Origin: a virus
Length of the DNA stretch: 64,000 nt
Virus record (IMG/VR): IMGVR_UViG_3300025598_000023
Location: 47,325 to 111,324 of that record
Reading direction: 5' to 3' (one strand)
Shown in pieces: positions 1 through 10,651 of this stretch; position 1 is the stretch's first letter, and the number at the start of each line of letters is the position of its first letter. A program made the translations under genes and the position numbers. The notes under the pieces were generated by a model. That model was not told the origin of the DNA, searched no databases, and saw only the letters and a list, made by a program, of their open reading frames with translations.

Positions 1-3000
1 GCACCTACTGCAACTATTAGTAGCACAAGTGGCAGCGGTGCTATTCTTACACCTGTACTCTACAATGCAAACATTGCAATTGTTTATGAAAGCCATTGGA
101 CAGAGACAAATAGAATTGTCACTGATGACCCACAAGTCGGTGGTTTTGGAACAAGTGTAAGCACAAACTATGATGGCAGTGTTGTTGTAATTGGTGCAGC
201 TAATAGCAGTGCAACATTTAGTTCAACATATAACAATGCAGGTAAAACTTATATCTATGACCGCACTGCGGAAGTATTTGTTGCTGATGGTGCTACAACC
301 ACATTCCAATTAAGCAATGCATTAGCTAATTTAACAACTATTACTACACCTACTCTTACTACAAATCCAACTATATTTGTAGATGGTGTAATTGCACAAC
401 CCACAGTCAATTATAGCACAAATTCAATTACTTTTGGTAATGCGCCTGCACGTGGTAGCACTATCACTGTTCAGACAAACCAATTCATTAATACTAAAAT
501 TGGCACAACTGATGTTGGACAACAAAATAGCAATTATGGAACTGCTGTTAAAATTAGTAGCGATGGTAGCAGTGTGTTCTCATCAGCTACTGGTTATGGT
601 TTAAGTTCAAGTCAGAATGGTGTTGTTTTCTATCTGCTTAACATACCACAAAAGTATGGCACTGCAATAGGTAGTAAATCAAACTTTACAATGACAGCTA
701 ACAATGCTGTGCGTATAAATGACCAATTAGTTACATTTACTGGTGGTAGTGTAACACAAACTGTCAATGATATCAATGCGGCAAATATTCCACATGTTAC
801 TGCTTCTGTATTGTCTAACAATGCAATCTCAATCACTACAACTGATGTTAACAGTGCAGCAAAATTGCGTCTGCGCAATGAAGTAGGTGATCCATTAAAC
901 ACTATGGGTATTGTTCAATGGCACACAATTCAACGTTTGAACAACCCTATTGCACAAGACACAGCACACTTTGGTGAAATCTTAAGTTTAAGTCCAGATG
1001 GCAATAGTTTGGTTGTTGGCAGCACATTAAGTAACACCAAAGCAAAAACAACATTTGATAACAATACTACAACATTTGATATCAATAATATCAAATTTAT
1101 TGATACAGTGTATCGCAGTGGTGCTGCACACATCTATGAATACCAAACACTAAGTGATGAAAACTATTCAAGCTATGGAAGTTATGCATATGGAACATTA
1201 ATTAATGACCAATTTGCAAACAGCTTTGACCGTTATTCAACTGGTGTTGATATTAGCGATAACTTTATTTTAGTTGGTGCTCCACAAGCAAAAATACTTG
1301 GAAACCAAACAGGCGCACTATATGTCTATTACAATCCTAATGCTCAACCAATTTGGCAAAGCATACGCAGCGGTGGTGTAGATTATGATAGTCGTAAGAT
1401 TGACCGTGCTTACATTTATAATAGCACAACTGCAAAACTTATTGCAGATTTGCCAGTTTATGATTTAACAAATGGCTATTTGCCAAATGAAAGTGAGACA
1501 TATCTTGATTTTGTTATCAACTATGATCCAGCAGTTTATAACAAGGTTCCAACTACAATTAGCTTTAACTATGATCGTAAAAATGCTTGGGGCAAAGAAA
1601 AAGTTGGAAAACTTTGGTGGGATATTAATAGTATAAAATACTATGACAACACACAAGGCTCTACACTTGATAGATTTAACTATTGGGGATTAGCTTTTCC
1701 AGCAAGCACAGTTAATGTGTATGAATGGATTGAAAGTAGTGTTCCGCCAAGTCAATATGTTGGCTCAAGTGCAAACAATACTCCACTTTACACTATTAAT
1801 GAAGTGTATAGTTCACATGTAGAGATTGATAGTGCAACTGGTTTGGCTGTTACAAAGTATTACTTCTGGGTAAAAAATAGCACACTAAGTTCTGGTTCAC
1901 GACCAAGTGCATTGGAAATTCAAGGTCAAATCAGCCTACCTCGTGCAAGCAGTGAACCATTTGCAGCAGTAATATCACCAAATGCAATTGCACTATTCAA
2001 TGCTAAAAATCTAATCAGCATTGATACCAATATGGTTATTGAATATAAAGATGTTCTGAAACCACAGCTAACTCATGCCGAATGGACTATGTTTGATGAT
2101 GGCACAGATTTAGGTGTGGCATATGAGTTCTTGAATAAACTTAATGATAGTCTAACTGGTCAAGATAGTAGCGGTAGAATTGTTCCTGATCCAAAACTTC
2201 CTATTGGTCAACGTTATGGCATGGATGTAAAACTACGTCAAAGTTTATTCAAAGATCAATATACTGGACGCAAGCTGTTTGTTGAAAATGTAAATCAAGT
2301 TTGCACAACATATCCAATGGTTCTTACTCGTGGAGCAGCAATTGCAGCATTGGACAGTTATGATCCAATTCCAGATTCAACTCATTATAAAACTGTAGTA
2401 GCTAATATTACTGAATTGGGTTATCTTGATACCAATACATATCTTGCTGGTGACCAAGTTCTTGTTTTAAGCGATAGCAACAGCTATAATAACGGTTGGA
2501 GTTTATATAGACTAAATGTTGTATTCCCTAATACTAGAACATGGGAAATTATACAAGTTCAAACTTATAACTTAAACAATTATTGGAGTTATGCTGATTG
2601 GTATAGCAATCAATATAATCCACAAGCACAACCAAAATATACTGTTACAACAGAAAATGATATTAGCAATTTACAACTTAATGTTGGTGATATCATTTAT
2701 GTTACTAACAGTTCTAATGGAGGTTGGAAACTTGTTCTTGTGACAATTAATAGTCTAGAACTATTAGCTCAGCAAAATGCTACAATACAATTTAATACTA
2801 ATTTGTATGATCTAGTTGCTGCAAACCAAGGATTCCAAACAAGTAGTTTCCAAAGTGTTGGATTTGATAGCGATAGCAATTTAGAATTTAATAAAATATT
2901 CAATATTATTCGTGATGAATTATTAATCAATGAATATCGCAGCAACTTTAAAGATTTAGTAAAACTCATGATTGATACGATTGCTACACAGCATCAGCAA

Positions 3001-6000
3001 ACAGATTGGTTAATGAAGACCAGTCTAGTTGATTTGTATCATCGTGTTCGTGGTTTGGATCAATTACCAGTTTACCTTCCACAGCCAGAAACTACTGTCA
3101 CAAGTTTCTTTAGTGAAGTAAAACCATATCACACTAAGCTAAAACAATATATTGCAACATATGATAATACTGATTCTATTGATGTTGCATACAACAATGT
3201 AACTGATTTTGATTTACAACCATATAAAAACAGTGTTGTAAACAAATATCGCAGTCCACAATTAGGCAATAGCTTGGATACTAACGCTTTAGAAACACAA
3301 AGTGTTTATCAACCATGGCTAAACAACCATTCTTATGGCGTTAAACGTGTTGATACAGTCACTGGCGGAGTTGGTTATGATGCAAATACCACAGTAACTA
3401 TTGTTGGTGATGGCACTGGTGCAACAGCACAAGCGTATGTTGTCAATGGCAGTGTTTACACAATTACTGTTACTAATAGCGGTGTAGGCTACACTTATGC
3501 AAAAGCATATATTTTTGGTGTTGGAACTGGTGCAACAGCTACTGTGATTCTTGGCAATGGATTGGCTCGTACAACAAACACAATTATTAAGTATGACCGA
3601 TATACATATTTTAATAATATTCAAGATTGGGCTGCTAATACTTCCTATACTGTAAACACGGTAGTAGTGTATAATGCTCAACCATACCGTGTTATTACTG
3701 CTCATACAAGCGGAACTACATTTGATTCAACTAAGTTTGTGCAACTTGTAGTAAAAGTTTGGTATCCAGAAACACAATATGCACTCAATGATGTAGTCAT
3801 TTATAAAAATACAAGTTATACAGTCAATGAAACATTTACAAGTGCTCTTACATTTGATACAGCCAATTTGACAGCGTATAACGGTCTATGGCTTGATAAT
3901 GCATGTGACCGTGTTTGGGCATACTATGCCCCAAAAAGCGGTATGGCTGGTCGCGATTTAGCGCAAGTTATGACTGGAATGGAGTATAGTGGCAATCAAA
4001 TTATTGGTCCTAACTTTAATCAAACACCAGGTTATGATGTAAACAATTACGACTACATAGCTTATGATTATGAAACATTTAACGTAGAAAATGTTGCAGA
4101 CGTTTATGGTTCACAAGCAGAAGACACATACATTCAAAGTTTGTTTACTGACACTGGTTTAGGATTGCGACCAGAAGATATTAATATTGTTGGCGGTGAT
4201 TTCTATGATGCTTACAGCAGCCATGCACCAGAAGAATTTGTGCCTGGTCAAGTATTAGATACACTTGATATTAAAGTAACTACCACTCCTATTGCAAATG
4301 GCGGACCAGATATTAAAATCTTTACTGTAAATTATCAAGGTTTAAAAACATTTAGTTTTGATAAAGCAATAACTGGTGTTGACTATCCAGTTGGTGGTAT
4401 TGAAAAGTTTTATATCGTTGACCATTTACAAGGTCCACTTGCTGAATCTGTTAATTATAGTGTAAACTGGCAAAATAAAACTATCAGTCTAAACTACACA
4501 CCACAGAGCGGAACTTATTTTTATTCCATGATGATTGGCTCAAACGGTGTAAATCCAGTATATGATCAAGATTATTATGGTGATGGTGTTCAAACTGATT
4601 TTGCTGTAAACGGTTGGACTCTAAACACAGTTAAGCAAGCATATGTTAAAGTAAATGGTATAGCTGTATCTAATTGGAGTTTAGTGAATATTACACAGAA
4701 TGGTGTTGGAACTCTGGCAGTTCGTTTTGCAACACCTCCACATGTTAATGATTATATTCAAGTTCATTTATATAATGTTGCACTTGGAACTCGTGCGTAT
4801 AGCGAATGGTATGAGCAAACATTTACTGTGCCAAATGCAAGTTATCCAAGTGGATATAATTTTACTTTAGCCAATCCAGAAATATACTCACAGCCAATCT
4901 CTGCTTATGCTATTGTAAGATTGAATAATAGTGACTTATTACCACCACAACAAAGTTATTATATTGGGGATGGTATCACAACAAACTATAGTTTAACAAA
5001 CAGTTGGACAGAAACAATTGCAAATATTGTTGATACAGAAATTATGGTTTTGGTTAATAAGGTTCTACTTACACGTAATATTGATTACACTGTGTATCAT
5101 GATCCACTTAATATTGCAACACCTGTAATACAATTCACAACTGCACCAGCAAGCGGAACTTCAATTGTAATAAGTGATGCAAGCCAATGTGATTTTAGAA
5201 TTTATGATGGAAATCAACTTTGGATTAGCCAAAACGTTGTAATACCACAAAATAGTGTAATTACTGTTTTATCTCAAGGCAATCACGATGCAAATAATCA
5301 ATATACCAAGTTGTTTAGTGGTAGCACAAGCAATAATAGCTTCTTGGATAACGGTTTAGATAGTGGTGGATTTGATGCTCTTGGTTTTGATAATGAACTT
5401 TCTAATTTGATTGGACAAGTTTACTATACATTGCCTACTGCTGTATCAAATATAAATCAAATCTATATAACTTTGAAAACACCTAATACAACTGGTGGTA
5501 AACCATTGTTACCATATACAGATTATGTGTTAGTAAACCCAACAACTATCGTATTAAGTAGCACACTTAATATCAGTGGCGCAAGTGTTATTGCGGTTCG
5601 TATTTTTGGTAATCCAATACGTGAACATAACGTAGAATTTAGAATATTCAAAGATATGCGTGATACTACTCGTTATTATGCGGTGAAAAATAATAAAACA
5701 ATTCTGTCTGCAAATTTAATGCCAAGCGACAGTTGGGTTTATGTTGAAAACGTGGATGTATTACAGAATCCAGAACCATCAACAAATACTGCTGGTGTTG
5801 TTATTATTAATGGTGAACGTATTACATATGGCGTTATTGACACTATAAACAAGCGTTTAGGAAACTTGCGCCGTGGCACGGCTGGCACAGGATTGTATAA
5901 TAACCATGTTGCTGGCAGTGTTGTATATGATAGTGGCAACTTATTAGAAATTCCAAATAGTCGTGAAACTTACACAGTGGCAACTAACCCAACATATATA

Positions 6001-6129
6001 ACAAATGGAAACATTTCACTTTATGTTGCTGCCAATAGCACAATACGACAAAGCCACATGTTTGTAAATTTGGGTGAAAGTATTCAAACAAGTAACACAC
6101 CATATGCACAATTTATTAGGGCACAGTAA
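1..6129 (+). CDS. Giant virion structural protein (baseplate wedge/tail-associated), 5'-truncated by the window
   Basis: Frame 1 is open from base 1 (APTATISSTSGSGAIL...), so the track start at 574 is internal. FG-GAP-like repeats (GFGTSVSTNYDGSVVVIGA, HFGEILSLSPDGNSLVVGS), CBM5/12-like WAANTSY/WYPETQY motifs and GDG-x-T-x-F repeats. Precedes tail fibre genes. Confidence 0.7.
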   Translation, partial: APTATISSTSGSGAILTPVLYNANIAIVYESHWTETNRIVTDDPQVGGFGTSVSTNYDGSVVVIGAANSSATFSSTYNNAGKTYIYDRTAEVFVADGATTTFQLSNALANLTTITTPTLTTNPTIFVDGVIAQPTVNYSTNSITFGNAPARGSTITVQTNQFINTKIGTTDVGQQNSNYGTAVKISSDGSSVFSSATGYGLSSSQNGVVFYLLNIPQKYGTAIGSKSNFTMTANNAVRINDQLVTFTGGSVTQTVNDINAANIPHVTASVLSNNAISITTTDVNSAAKLRLRNEVGDPLNTMGIVQWHTIQRLNNPIAQDTAHFGEILSLSPDGNSLVVGSTLSNTKAKTTFDNNTTTFDINNIKFIDTVYRSGAAHIYEYQTLSDENYSSYGSYAYGTLINDQFANSFDRYSTGVDISDNFILVGAPQAKILGNQTGALYVYYNPNAQPIWQSIRSGGVDYDSRKIDRAYIYNSTTAKLIADLPVYDLTNGYLPNESETYLDFVINYDPAVYNKVPTTISFNYDRKNAWGKEKVGKLWWDINSIKYYDNTQGSTLDRFNYWGLAFPASTVNVYEWIESSVPPSQYVGSSANNTPLYTINEVYSSHVEIDSATGLAVTKYYFWVKNSTLSSGSRPSALEIQGQISLPRASSEPFAAVISPNAIALFNAKNLISIDTNMVIEYKDVLKPQLTHAEWTMFDDGTDLGVAYEFLNKLNDSLTGQDSSGRIVPDPKLPIGQRYGMDVKLRQSLFKDQYTGRKLFVENVNQVCTTYPMVLTRGAAIAALDSYDPIPDSTHYKTVVANITELGYLDTNTYLAGDQVLVLSDSNSYNNGWSLYRLNVVFPNTRTWEIIQVQTYNLNNYWSYADWYSNQYNPQAQPKYTVTTENDISNLQLNVGDIIYVTNSSNGGWKLVLVTINSLELLAQQNATIQFNTNLYDLVAANQGFQTSSFQSVGFDSDSNLEFNKIFNIIRDELLINEYRSNFKDLVKLMIDTIATQHQQTDWLMKTSLVDLYHRVRGLDQLPVYLPQPETTVTSFFSEVKPYHTKLKQYIATYDNTDSIDVAYNNVTDFDLQPYKNSVVNKYRSPQLGNSLDTNALETQSVYQPWLNNHSYGVKRVDTVTGGVGYDANTTVTIVGDGTGATAQAYVVNGSVYTITVTNSGVGYTYAKAYIFGVGTGATATVILGNGLARTTNTIIKYDRYTYFNNIQDWAANTSYTVNTVVVYNAQPYRVITAHTSGTTFDSTKFVQLVVKVWYPETQYALNDVVIYKNTSYTVNETFTSALTFDTANLTAYNGLWLDNACDRVWAYYAPKSGMAGRDLAQVMTGMEYSGNQIIGPNFNQTPGYDVNNYDYIAYDYETFNVENVADVYGSQAEDTYIQSLFTDTGLGLRPEDINIVGGDFYDAYSSHAPEEFVPGQVLDTLDIKVTTTPIANGGPDIKIFTVNYQGLKTFSFDKAITGVDYPVGGIEKFYIVDHLQGPLAESVNYSVNWQNKTISLNYTPQSGTYFYSMMIGSNGVNPVYDQDYYGDGVQTDFAVNGWTLNTVKQAYVKVNGIAVSNWSLVNITQNGVGTLAVRFATPPHVNDYIQVHLYNVALGTRAYSEWYEQTFTVPNASYPSGYNFTLANPEIYSQPISAYAIVRLNNSDLLPPQQSYYIGDGITTNYSLTNSWTETIANIVDTEIMVLVNKVLLTRNIDYTVYHDPLNIATPVIQFTTAPASGTSIVISDASQCDFRIYDGNQLWISQNVVIPQNSVITVLSQGNHDANNQYTKLFSGSTSNNSFLDNGLDSGGFDALGFDNELSNLIGQVYYTLPTAVSNINQIYITLKTPNTTGGKPLLPYTDYVLVNPTTIVLSSTLNISGASVIAVRIFGNPIREHNVEFRIFKDMRDTTRYYAVKNNKTILSANLMPSDSWVYVENVDVLQNPEPSTNTAGVVIINGERITYGVIDTINKRLGNLRRGTAGTGLYNNHVAGSVVYDSGNLLEIPNSRETYTVATNPTYITNGNISLYVAANSTIRQSHMFVNLGESIQTSNTPYAQFIRAQ

Positions 6130-6812
6130 TGAAAAAACCAGAGATTATTAAACCAATAAATACTAATAATACAAAAATCGGAAGTGAAAAGATGAATCGT
6201 CCTAATGAAACAAGTGGTATTGCACTAAGTGGTCATATTAAAATCTTTGATCCGCAAAGTGGCGAAGTGTTTGTGAACAAGCGCAATGCAATTCACTATG
6301 AAAACTTCTCACTTGCACTTGCTCAAAGTATAAGCAACCAACAACAAGGTTGGATAAGTGAGATGGCATTTGGTAATGGTGGTACAAGCGTTGACCCAAC
6401 TGGTGTAATTACATACCTTCCAACTAATACTACTGGTAGTAATAGTGCTCTGTACAACCAAACTTATTATAAAGTAGTTGATAATTATAGCAATTATAAT
6501 ACTGACCCCACAAGAAATAATATTAGTATTCGCCACACCAGTGGCACTGTTTATAGCGATATTTTTGTAACTTGCACACTGGATTATGGTGAGCCAAGTG
6601 GTCAGCAAGCATTTGACAATACTACAAATTTTAATGATACTTTTGTATTTGATGAACTTGGACTTAAAGCATGGAATGGCGTTGCAGTCGATCAAGGTAT
6701 GTTGCTAACTCATGTTATTTTCCACCCAATACAAAAAAGTCTCAACCGTTTAATTCAAATTGATTATACGGTTCGTATTCAAACTCTAACTAACTTGACT
6801 TCACAGGTATAA
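6129..6812 (+). CDS. Conserved virion structural protein (baseplate/tail)
   Basis: 227-aa ORF in the structural operon with FDELGL...LLTHVIFHPIQKSLNR C-terminus. An alternative start at 6192 has GGAAG SD and TAAATA upstream. Confidence 0.6.
   Translation: MKKPEIIKPINTNNTKIGSEKMNRPNETSGIALSGHIKIFDPQSGEVFVNKRNAIHYENFSLALAQSISNQQQGWISEMAFGNGGTSVDPTGVITYLPTNTTGSNSALYNQTYYKVVDNYSNYNTDPTRNNISIRHTSGTVYSDIFVTCTLDYGEPSGQQAFDNTTNFNDTFVFDELGLKAWNGVAVDQGMLLTHVIFHPIQKSLNRLIQIDYTVRIQTLTNLTSQV
6157..6162 (+). promoter_or_regulatory. TAAATA late-promoter-like motif
   Basis: Core of the T4 late consensus TATAAATA, upstream of the ATG at 6192. The same motif precedes many other genes. Confidence 0.4.
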
Positions 6813-6814
6813 TC

Positions 6815-7768
6815 ATGACATTTTACATTAACTATACTAACGGTGCAAATTTAGCAGCAATAAGTGATGGAACAATTAATACAAGTGCAACTAGTATTAC
6901 ACTTATTGGAAAGAATTTTCCAACTTATGGACAATTATTAAACCAAAATTTAGTTAGTATGTTAGAGAATTTTGCAAATACAACAAGTCCAAATAATCCA
7001 TTAGTTGGACAAATTTGGTATAATTCAAGCAATACAAGTTTGCAATTTTATCGTAGTGGTGCTACTAGTAATTTCTGGCAGTATATTCCAAATATTACAT
7101 ATAGTGCATCTACACCTGAAAGTCCACAGCAAAATGATATTTGGTGGGACAGCACAAATCAACAGTTGAAATATTATGACCAAATGAATTGGATTACAAT
7201 TGGTCCACAAACTACTAATGATGGACTAAATCGTGTAAGTGGAACTAATAGTTTTATTGTTCAGATCGGTGGCAATAACGTCTTTACTGTTGATGCTTAT
7301 GGTCGTTTGAATGCTGCATATAATCCAGTTGTTCAAATGCTTGGAGCATCAAGCCCAACTACAAGCAGTGGATTAACATCTCCTACTACATTTACAAACA
7401 CAACGATGTATCTAAACATTGGTAACTTTTTTAATTCATCTACTGGTATTTTTACTTGTCCAGTCTCTGGAATTTATCAAGTAAGTGCTAGTATATCAAC
7501 TATTGGCAATCCATCCAGTCCAAACAGCCAACTTAACACAAAGATTAGTTGGTGGAAAAACCAAGCTGATAGTGGTATTTTGAGTGCATCTATTACTGAA
7601 AATGTAGTAACAAGTGGTGGTGGTAGTGTAAGCACAAAAATACCACTTAATGCTTTTGGTTATCTACAATGCAGTGCTGGTGATTTACTACAATGTGTTT
7701 GGTATGGTGATGTTGGTGACCAAGTAGATAATGCTACTCTAAACCTGAGCATAAGATTAGTTCAATAA
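6815..7768 (+). CDS. Tail fibre-like protein with C-terminal C1q/TNF-like domain
   Basis: N-terminal anchor shared with the next two ORFs (DG..TSITLIGKN...GQ.LNQN...LENFA...P..GQIW). C-terminus FNSSTGIFTCPVSGIYQVSASI matches the C1q signature. Confidence 0.65.
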   Translation: MTFYINYTNGANLAAISDGTINTSATSITLIGKNFPTYGQLLNQNLVSMLENFANTTSPNNPLVGQIWYNSSNTSLQFYRSGATSNFWQYIPNITYSASTPESPQQNDIWWDSTNQQLKYYDQMNWITIGPQTTNDGLNRVSGTNSFIVQIGGNNVFTVDAYGRLNAAYNPVVQMLGASSPTTSSGLTSPTTFTNTTMYLNIGNFFNSSTGIFTCPVSGIYQVSASISTIGNPSSPNSQLNTKISWWKNQADSGILSASITENVVTSGGGSVSTKIPLNAFGYLQCSAGDLLQCVWYGDVGDQVDNATLNLSIRLVQ

Positions 7769-7772
7769 CCAA

Positions 7773-7778
7773 TAAATA
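7773..7778 (+). promoter_or_regulatory. TAAATA late-promoter-like motif
   Basis: In the 29-bp intergenic gap before the ATG at 7798. Confidence 0.5.
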
Positions 7779-7797
7779 ATAATGTTGGGAAGTTGCA

Positions 7798-9426
7798 ATG
7801 TCTTATAGCGTTAAAAATTCAGCACAAACAGTTACATACACAGTTGCAGATGGCGCAGCTAATACAAATGCTATAAGTTTAACATTTCTTGGAAAAAATG
7901 AAACCAATTACGGAACATATCTAAATCAAAACTTTTTATGGTTATTAGAAAACTTTAGTAATACAAGTTCTAATCCACCAAACTATCCTGTGCAAGGTCA
8001 ATTGTGGTGGGACAGCACTCATAAGTTTTTGAATGTATATGACGGTGTTAACTGGAATACAGTTTATGGCAATATTGCAAACTTAAATGTCAATAATAGT
8101 GCAAGTTTTAGCACAATTACTGCTGCCACAATAGGTAATAGTGGAACCATCTATACAGGTTTGAGTGCAAATCTTGTTGGCGGAGTTACAAGTGTTGGAC
8201 AAAATTTTAATGCTAATCCTGTAAGCACAGACGCTGGCAGAATATTTGGGGTTTATAATCTTAACTACATGCCAGGCGCTAGTTATAGCCCTTCTGATAA
8301 TCGTATTTTTGATTTTGGAGTTACTACTGGTAATATTGCATATGTTAGAACAAATGGTTCTAATGGAGTACAATGGTATGCGGCTGGTAATGGAACAAGT
8401 TTTAATAATGCAGTGCTCCCAATTAGTAACGCGAGTATAAACCTTGGCAGTACAACTAATTACTGGAATAACATTTATGGTGCTAATGTTTATGGTGTAA
8501 ATGTTAACGCAGCCAATGGAACATTTCTTACAAGTTTGGGTGTTGGAACAAATTCGCCGCTGTATACACTTGACGTAAAGAGTCCAAGTGGCGAGTACCG
8601 AACTGCTATTTTTGAAACAGCAAGCACACTTGGTCCATCAGTTCAAATTAAAGGTAGTAAAATTTACGAACTAAGAAGCACTGATACTGGTGCAAGTGAA
8701 GGTGCTGGATTATTTTTTATCTATGATAAAGATAATAATGTTTCTCGCTTTACTGTGAATAGTAACGGTTATATAGGTATCGGTGGAGTAACATCACCAA
8801 CTGCACCATTAGATGTAAATGGTAATATTACTGCACGTGCTGCAAATATCTATGCAGCAAATCAAATTGCAAATACTGCAATATACAGTGCATCATATTA
8901 TTGGGCAAATGGCACACCATTTGTAAGTTCAAATTATGGCAACACACAAGTTGCTGGTTATCTTGGTGTTGTTGCAACAAGTATTGTTCCTTCTGTTAGC
9001 AACACTTATACTTTAGGTAGTTCAACAAATTGGTGGACTACAGCCTATACGCAAAGCGTACAGGCAAAATACGCTGACTTGGCTGAAAAATACTTACCTG
9101 ATGCTGATTATGAAGTTGGCACCGTAATGATGGTTGGTGGCGTCAATGAAGTAACACAGCACGATGGCAGCAACGTTCGTGCTATTGGAGTTATAAGTGA
9201 ATATCCAGCTTATACGATGAATAGTGATCAAGAAGGCGGTGTATACATTGCACTTAAAGGTCGTGTGCCCGTTAGAGCTATCGGTCCTATTAAAAAAGGT
9301 CAAGCACTTATTGGAACTGCTCATGGTTTAGCAATCGCGCAAACAGATGACAGCCAGTGGATGTTTGCAATATCACTACAAGACTTGAATGATAGTGTAG
9401 GCATAGTAGAAGCTGTAATACTTTAA
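7798..9426 (+). CDS. Tail fibre protein with C-terminal autocleaving intramolecular chaperone (peptidase G2-like) domain
   Basis: Shared N-terminal anchor, GIGTxxP-type fibre repeats, C-terminal AKYADLAEKY...GVIS..PAY.MN...ALKGRVPV. Confidence 0.7.
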   Translation: MSYSVKNSAQTVTYTVADGAANTNAISLTFLGKNETNYGTYLNQNFLWLLENFSNTSSNPPNYPVQGQLWWDSTHKFLNVYDGVNWNTVYGNIANLNVNNSASFSTITAATIGNSGTIYTGLSANLVGGVTSVGQNFNANPVSTDAGRIFGVYNLNYMPGASYSPSDNRIFDFGVTTGNIAYVRTNGSNGVQWYAAGNGTSFNNAVLPISNASINLGSTTNYWNNIYGANVYGVNVNAANGTFLTSLGVGTNSPLYTLDVKSPSGEYRTAIFETASTLGPSVQIKGSKIYELRSTDTGASEGAGLFFIYDKDNNVSRFTVNSNGYIGIGGVTSPTAPLDVNGNITARAANIYAANQIANTAIYSASYYWANGTPFVSSNYGNTQVAGYLGVVATSIVPSVSNTYTLGSSTNWWTTAYTQSVQAKYADLAEKYLPDADYEVGTVMMVGGVNEVTQHDGSNVRAIGVISEYPAYTMNSDQEGGVYIALKGRVPVRAIGPIKKGQALIGTAHGLAIAQTDDSQWMFAISLQDLNDSVGIVEAVIL

Positions 9427-9427
9427 C

Positions 9428-9433
9428 TAAATA
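9428..9433 (+). promoter_or_regulatory. TAAATA late-promoter-like motif
   Basis: Intergenic, before the ATG at 9455. Confidence 0.5.
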
Positions 9434-9454
9434 TATTTAAAGTGGGTTTTTGCA

Positions 9455-10651
9455 ATGTCTTATACATTAACAGTAGTTAATCACACACCAATTACGATTC
9501 AAAACGGCTCAACCGATAATACAACAAGTTTAACTTTGGTTGGTAAAAATTATCCGAATTATGGTCAACTACTACAACAAGATTTAATTAATTTGCTACA
9601 AAATTGGGCTGGTTCAAGTCAGCCCGTGAGTGCAGTAACAGGTCAACTTTGGTGGAATACAACATCAAATTCTCTACAAATCTATACTGGATCAGCTTTT
9701 AAAACAGTTGGTGGTGCCACTGTAAGTGCTACAGCACCTACTGCAACTCCAATACAAGGTGATTTTTGGTTCAAGAGCGATGACCAGACTGTTTATGTCT
9801 ATAATGGCAGCAGTTGGGCATTAGTGGGACCAAGTTATACAAGTGCACAGCAGTATACTACTTCAATTGGTATGACTATTACTGATAATACTAGTTCAAG
9901 TCATACTGTTTTGGCTTACTTTGTGGGTAACTACCTTACTGGTATTCTAAGCAAAGACCCTGCATTTACACCAGTAAATGGTGTAACTACAGATGGAAAG
10001 ACCATAAGCACTTTGTCAACAAGTGGTTTTAGCACTATATTACCTGGTTATAATATCAATACTACAATCTTTGGTGGTTCAACTCCACCACTAAGTGGAT
10101 TGCTTGTAACTAATGCACAACCTTATATTACAAGCCTTGGAAATTTAACTTCACTTAATGTTAATGGCACGTCTACTTTTACAGGTTCTATTCTTCCAAG
10201 TACAAGTAATGCTTATACATTGGGTAGTTCAACATATTGGTGGGCAACTGCTTATACCCAAAGTATTCAGGCAAAGTATGCTGACTTGGCAGAAAATTAT
10301 TTAAGTGATGATTTGTATGAGCCAGGCACAGTAGTTGAATTTGGCGGTGATGCAGAAATTACAATTTCTACCACAATAGGCGGAACAAATGTTGCTGGCG
10401 TTATCTCTACAAAACCAGCTTATCTTATGAATCAGAATGATAATCCATTTATGTTACCAGTTGCTCTACAAGGACGTGTTCCATGTAAAGTAGTTGGACC
10501 AGTAACTAAAGGTGACCTTTTAGTAAGTAATGGTTCAGGAGCAGCAATGGCTACTGCAGAACCAAAAGTAGGTAGTGTAATTGGCAAAGCATTGCAATCA
10601 ATAGCTGATACAAATATTCAAACAATAGAAGTGGTGGTTGGGGTAAGATAA
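9455..10651 (+). CDS. Tail fibre protein with C-terminal intramolecular chaperone domain
   Basis: Shared N-terminal anchor; AKYADLAENY...ALQGRVPCKVVG. Confidence 0.7.
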   Translation: MSYTLTVVNHTPITIQNGSTDNTTSLTLVGKNYPNYGQLLQQDLINLLQNWAGSSQPVSAVTGQLWWNTTSNSLQIYTGSAFKTVGGATVSATAPTATPIQGDFWFKSDDQTVYVYNGSSWALVGPSYTSAQQYTTSIGMTITDNTSSSHTVLAYFVGNYLTGILSKDPAFTPVNGVTTDGKTISTLSTSGFSTILPGYNINTTIFGGSTPPLSGLLVTNAQPYITSLGNLTSLNVNGTSTFTGSILPSTSNAYTLGSSTYWWATAYTQSIQAKYADLAENYLSDDLYEPGTVVEFGGDAEITISTTIGGTNVAGVISTKPAYLMNQNDNPFMLPVALQGRVPCKVVGPVTKGDLLVSNGSGAAMATAEPKVGSVIGKALQSIADTNIQTIEVVVGVR

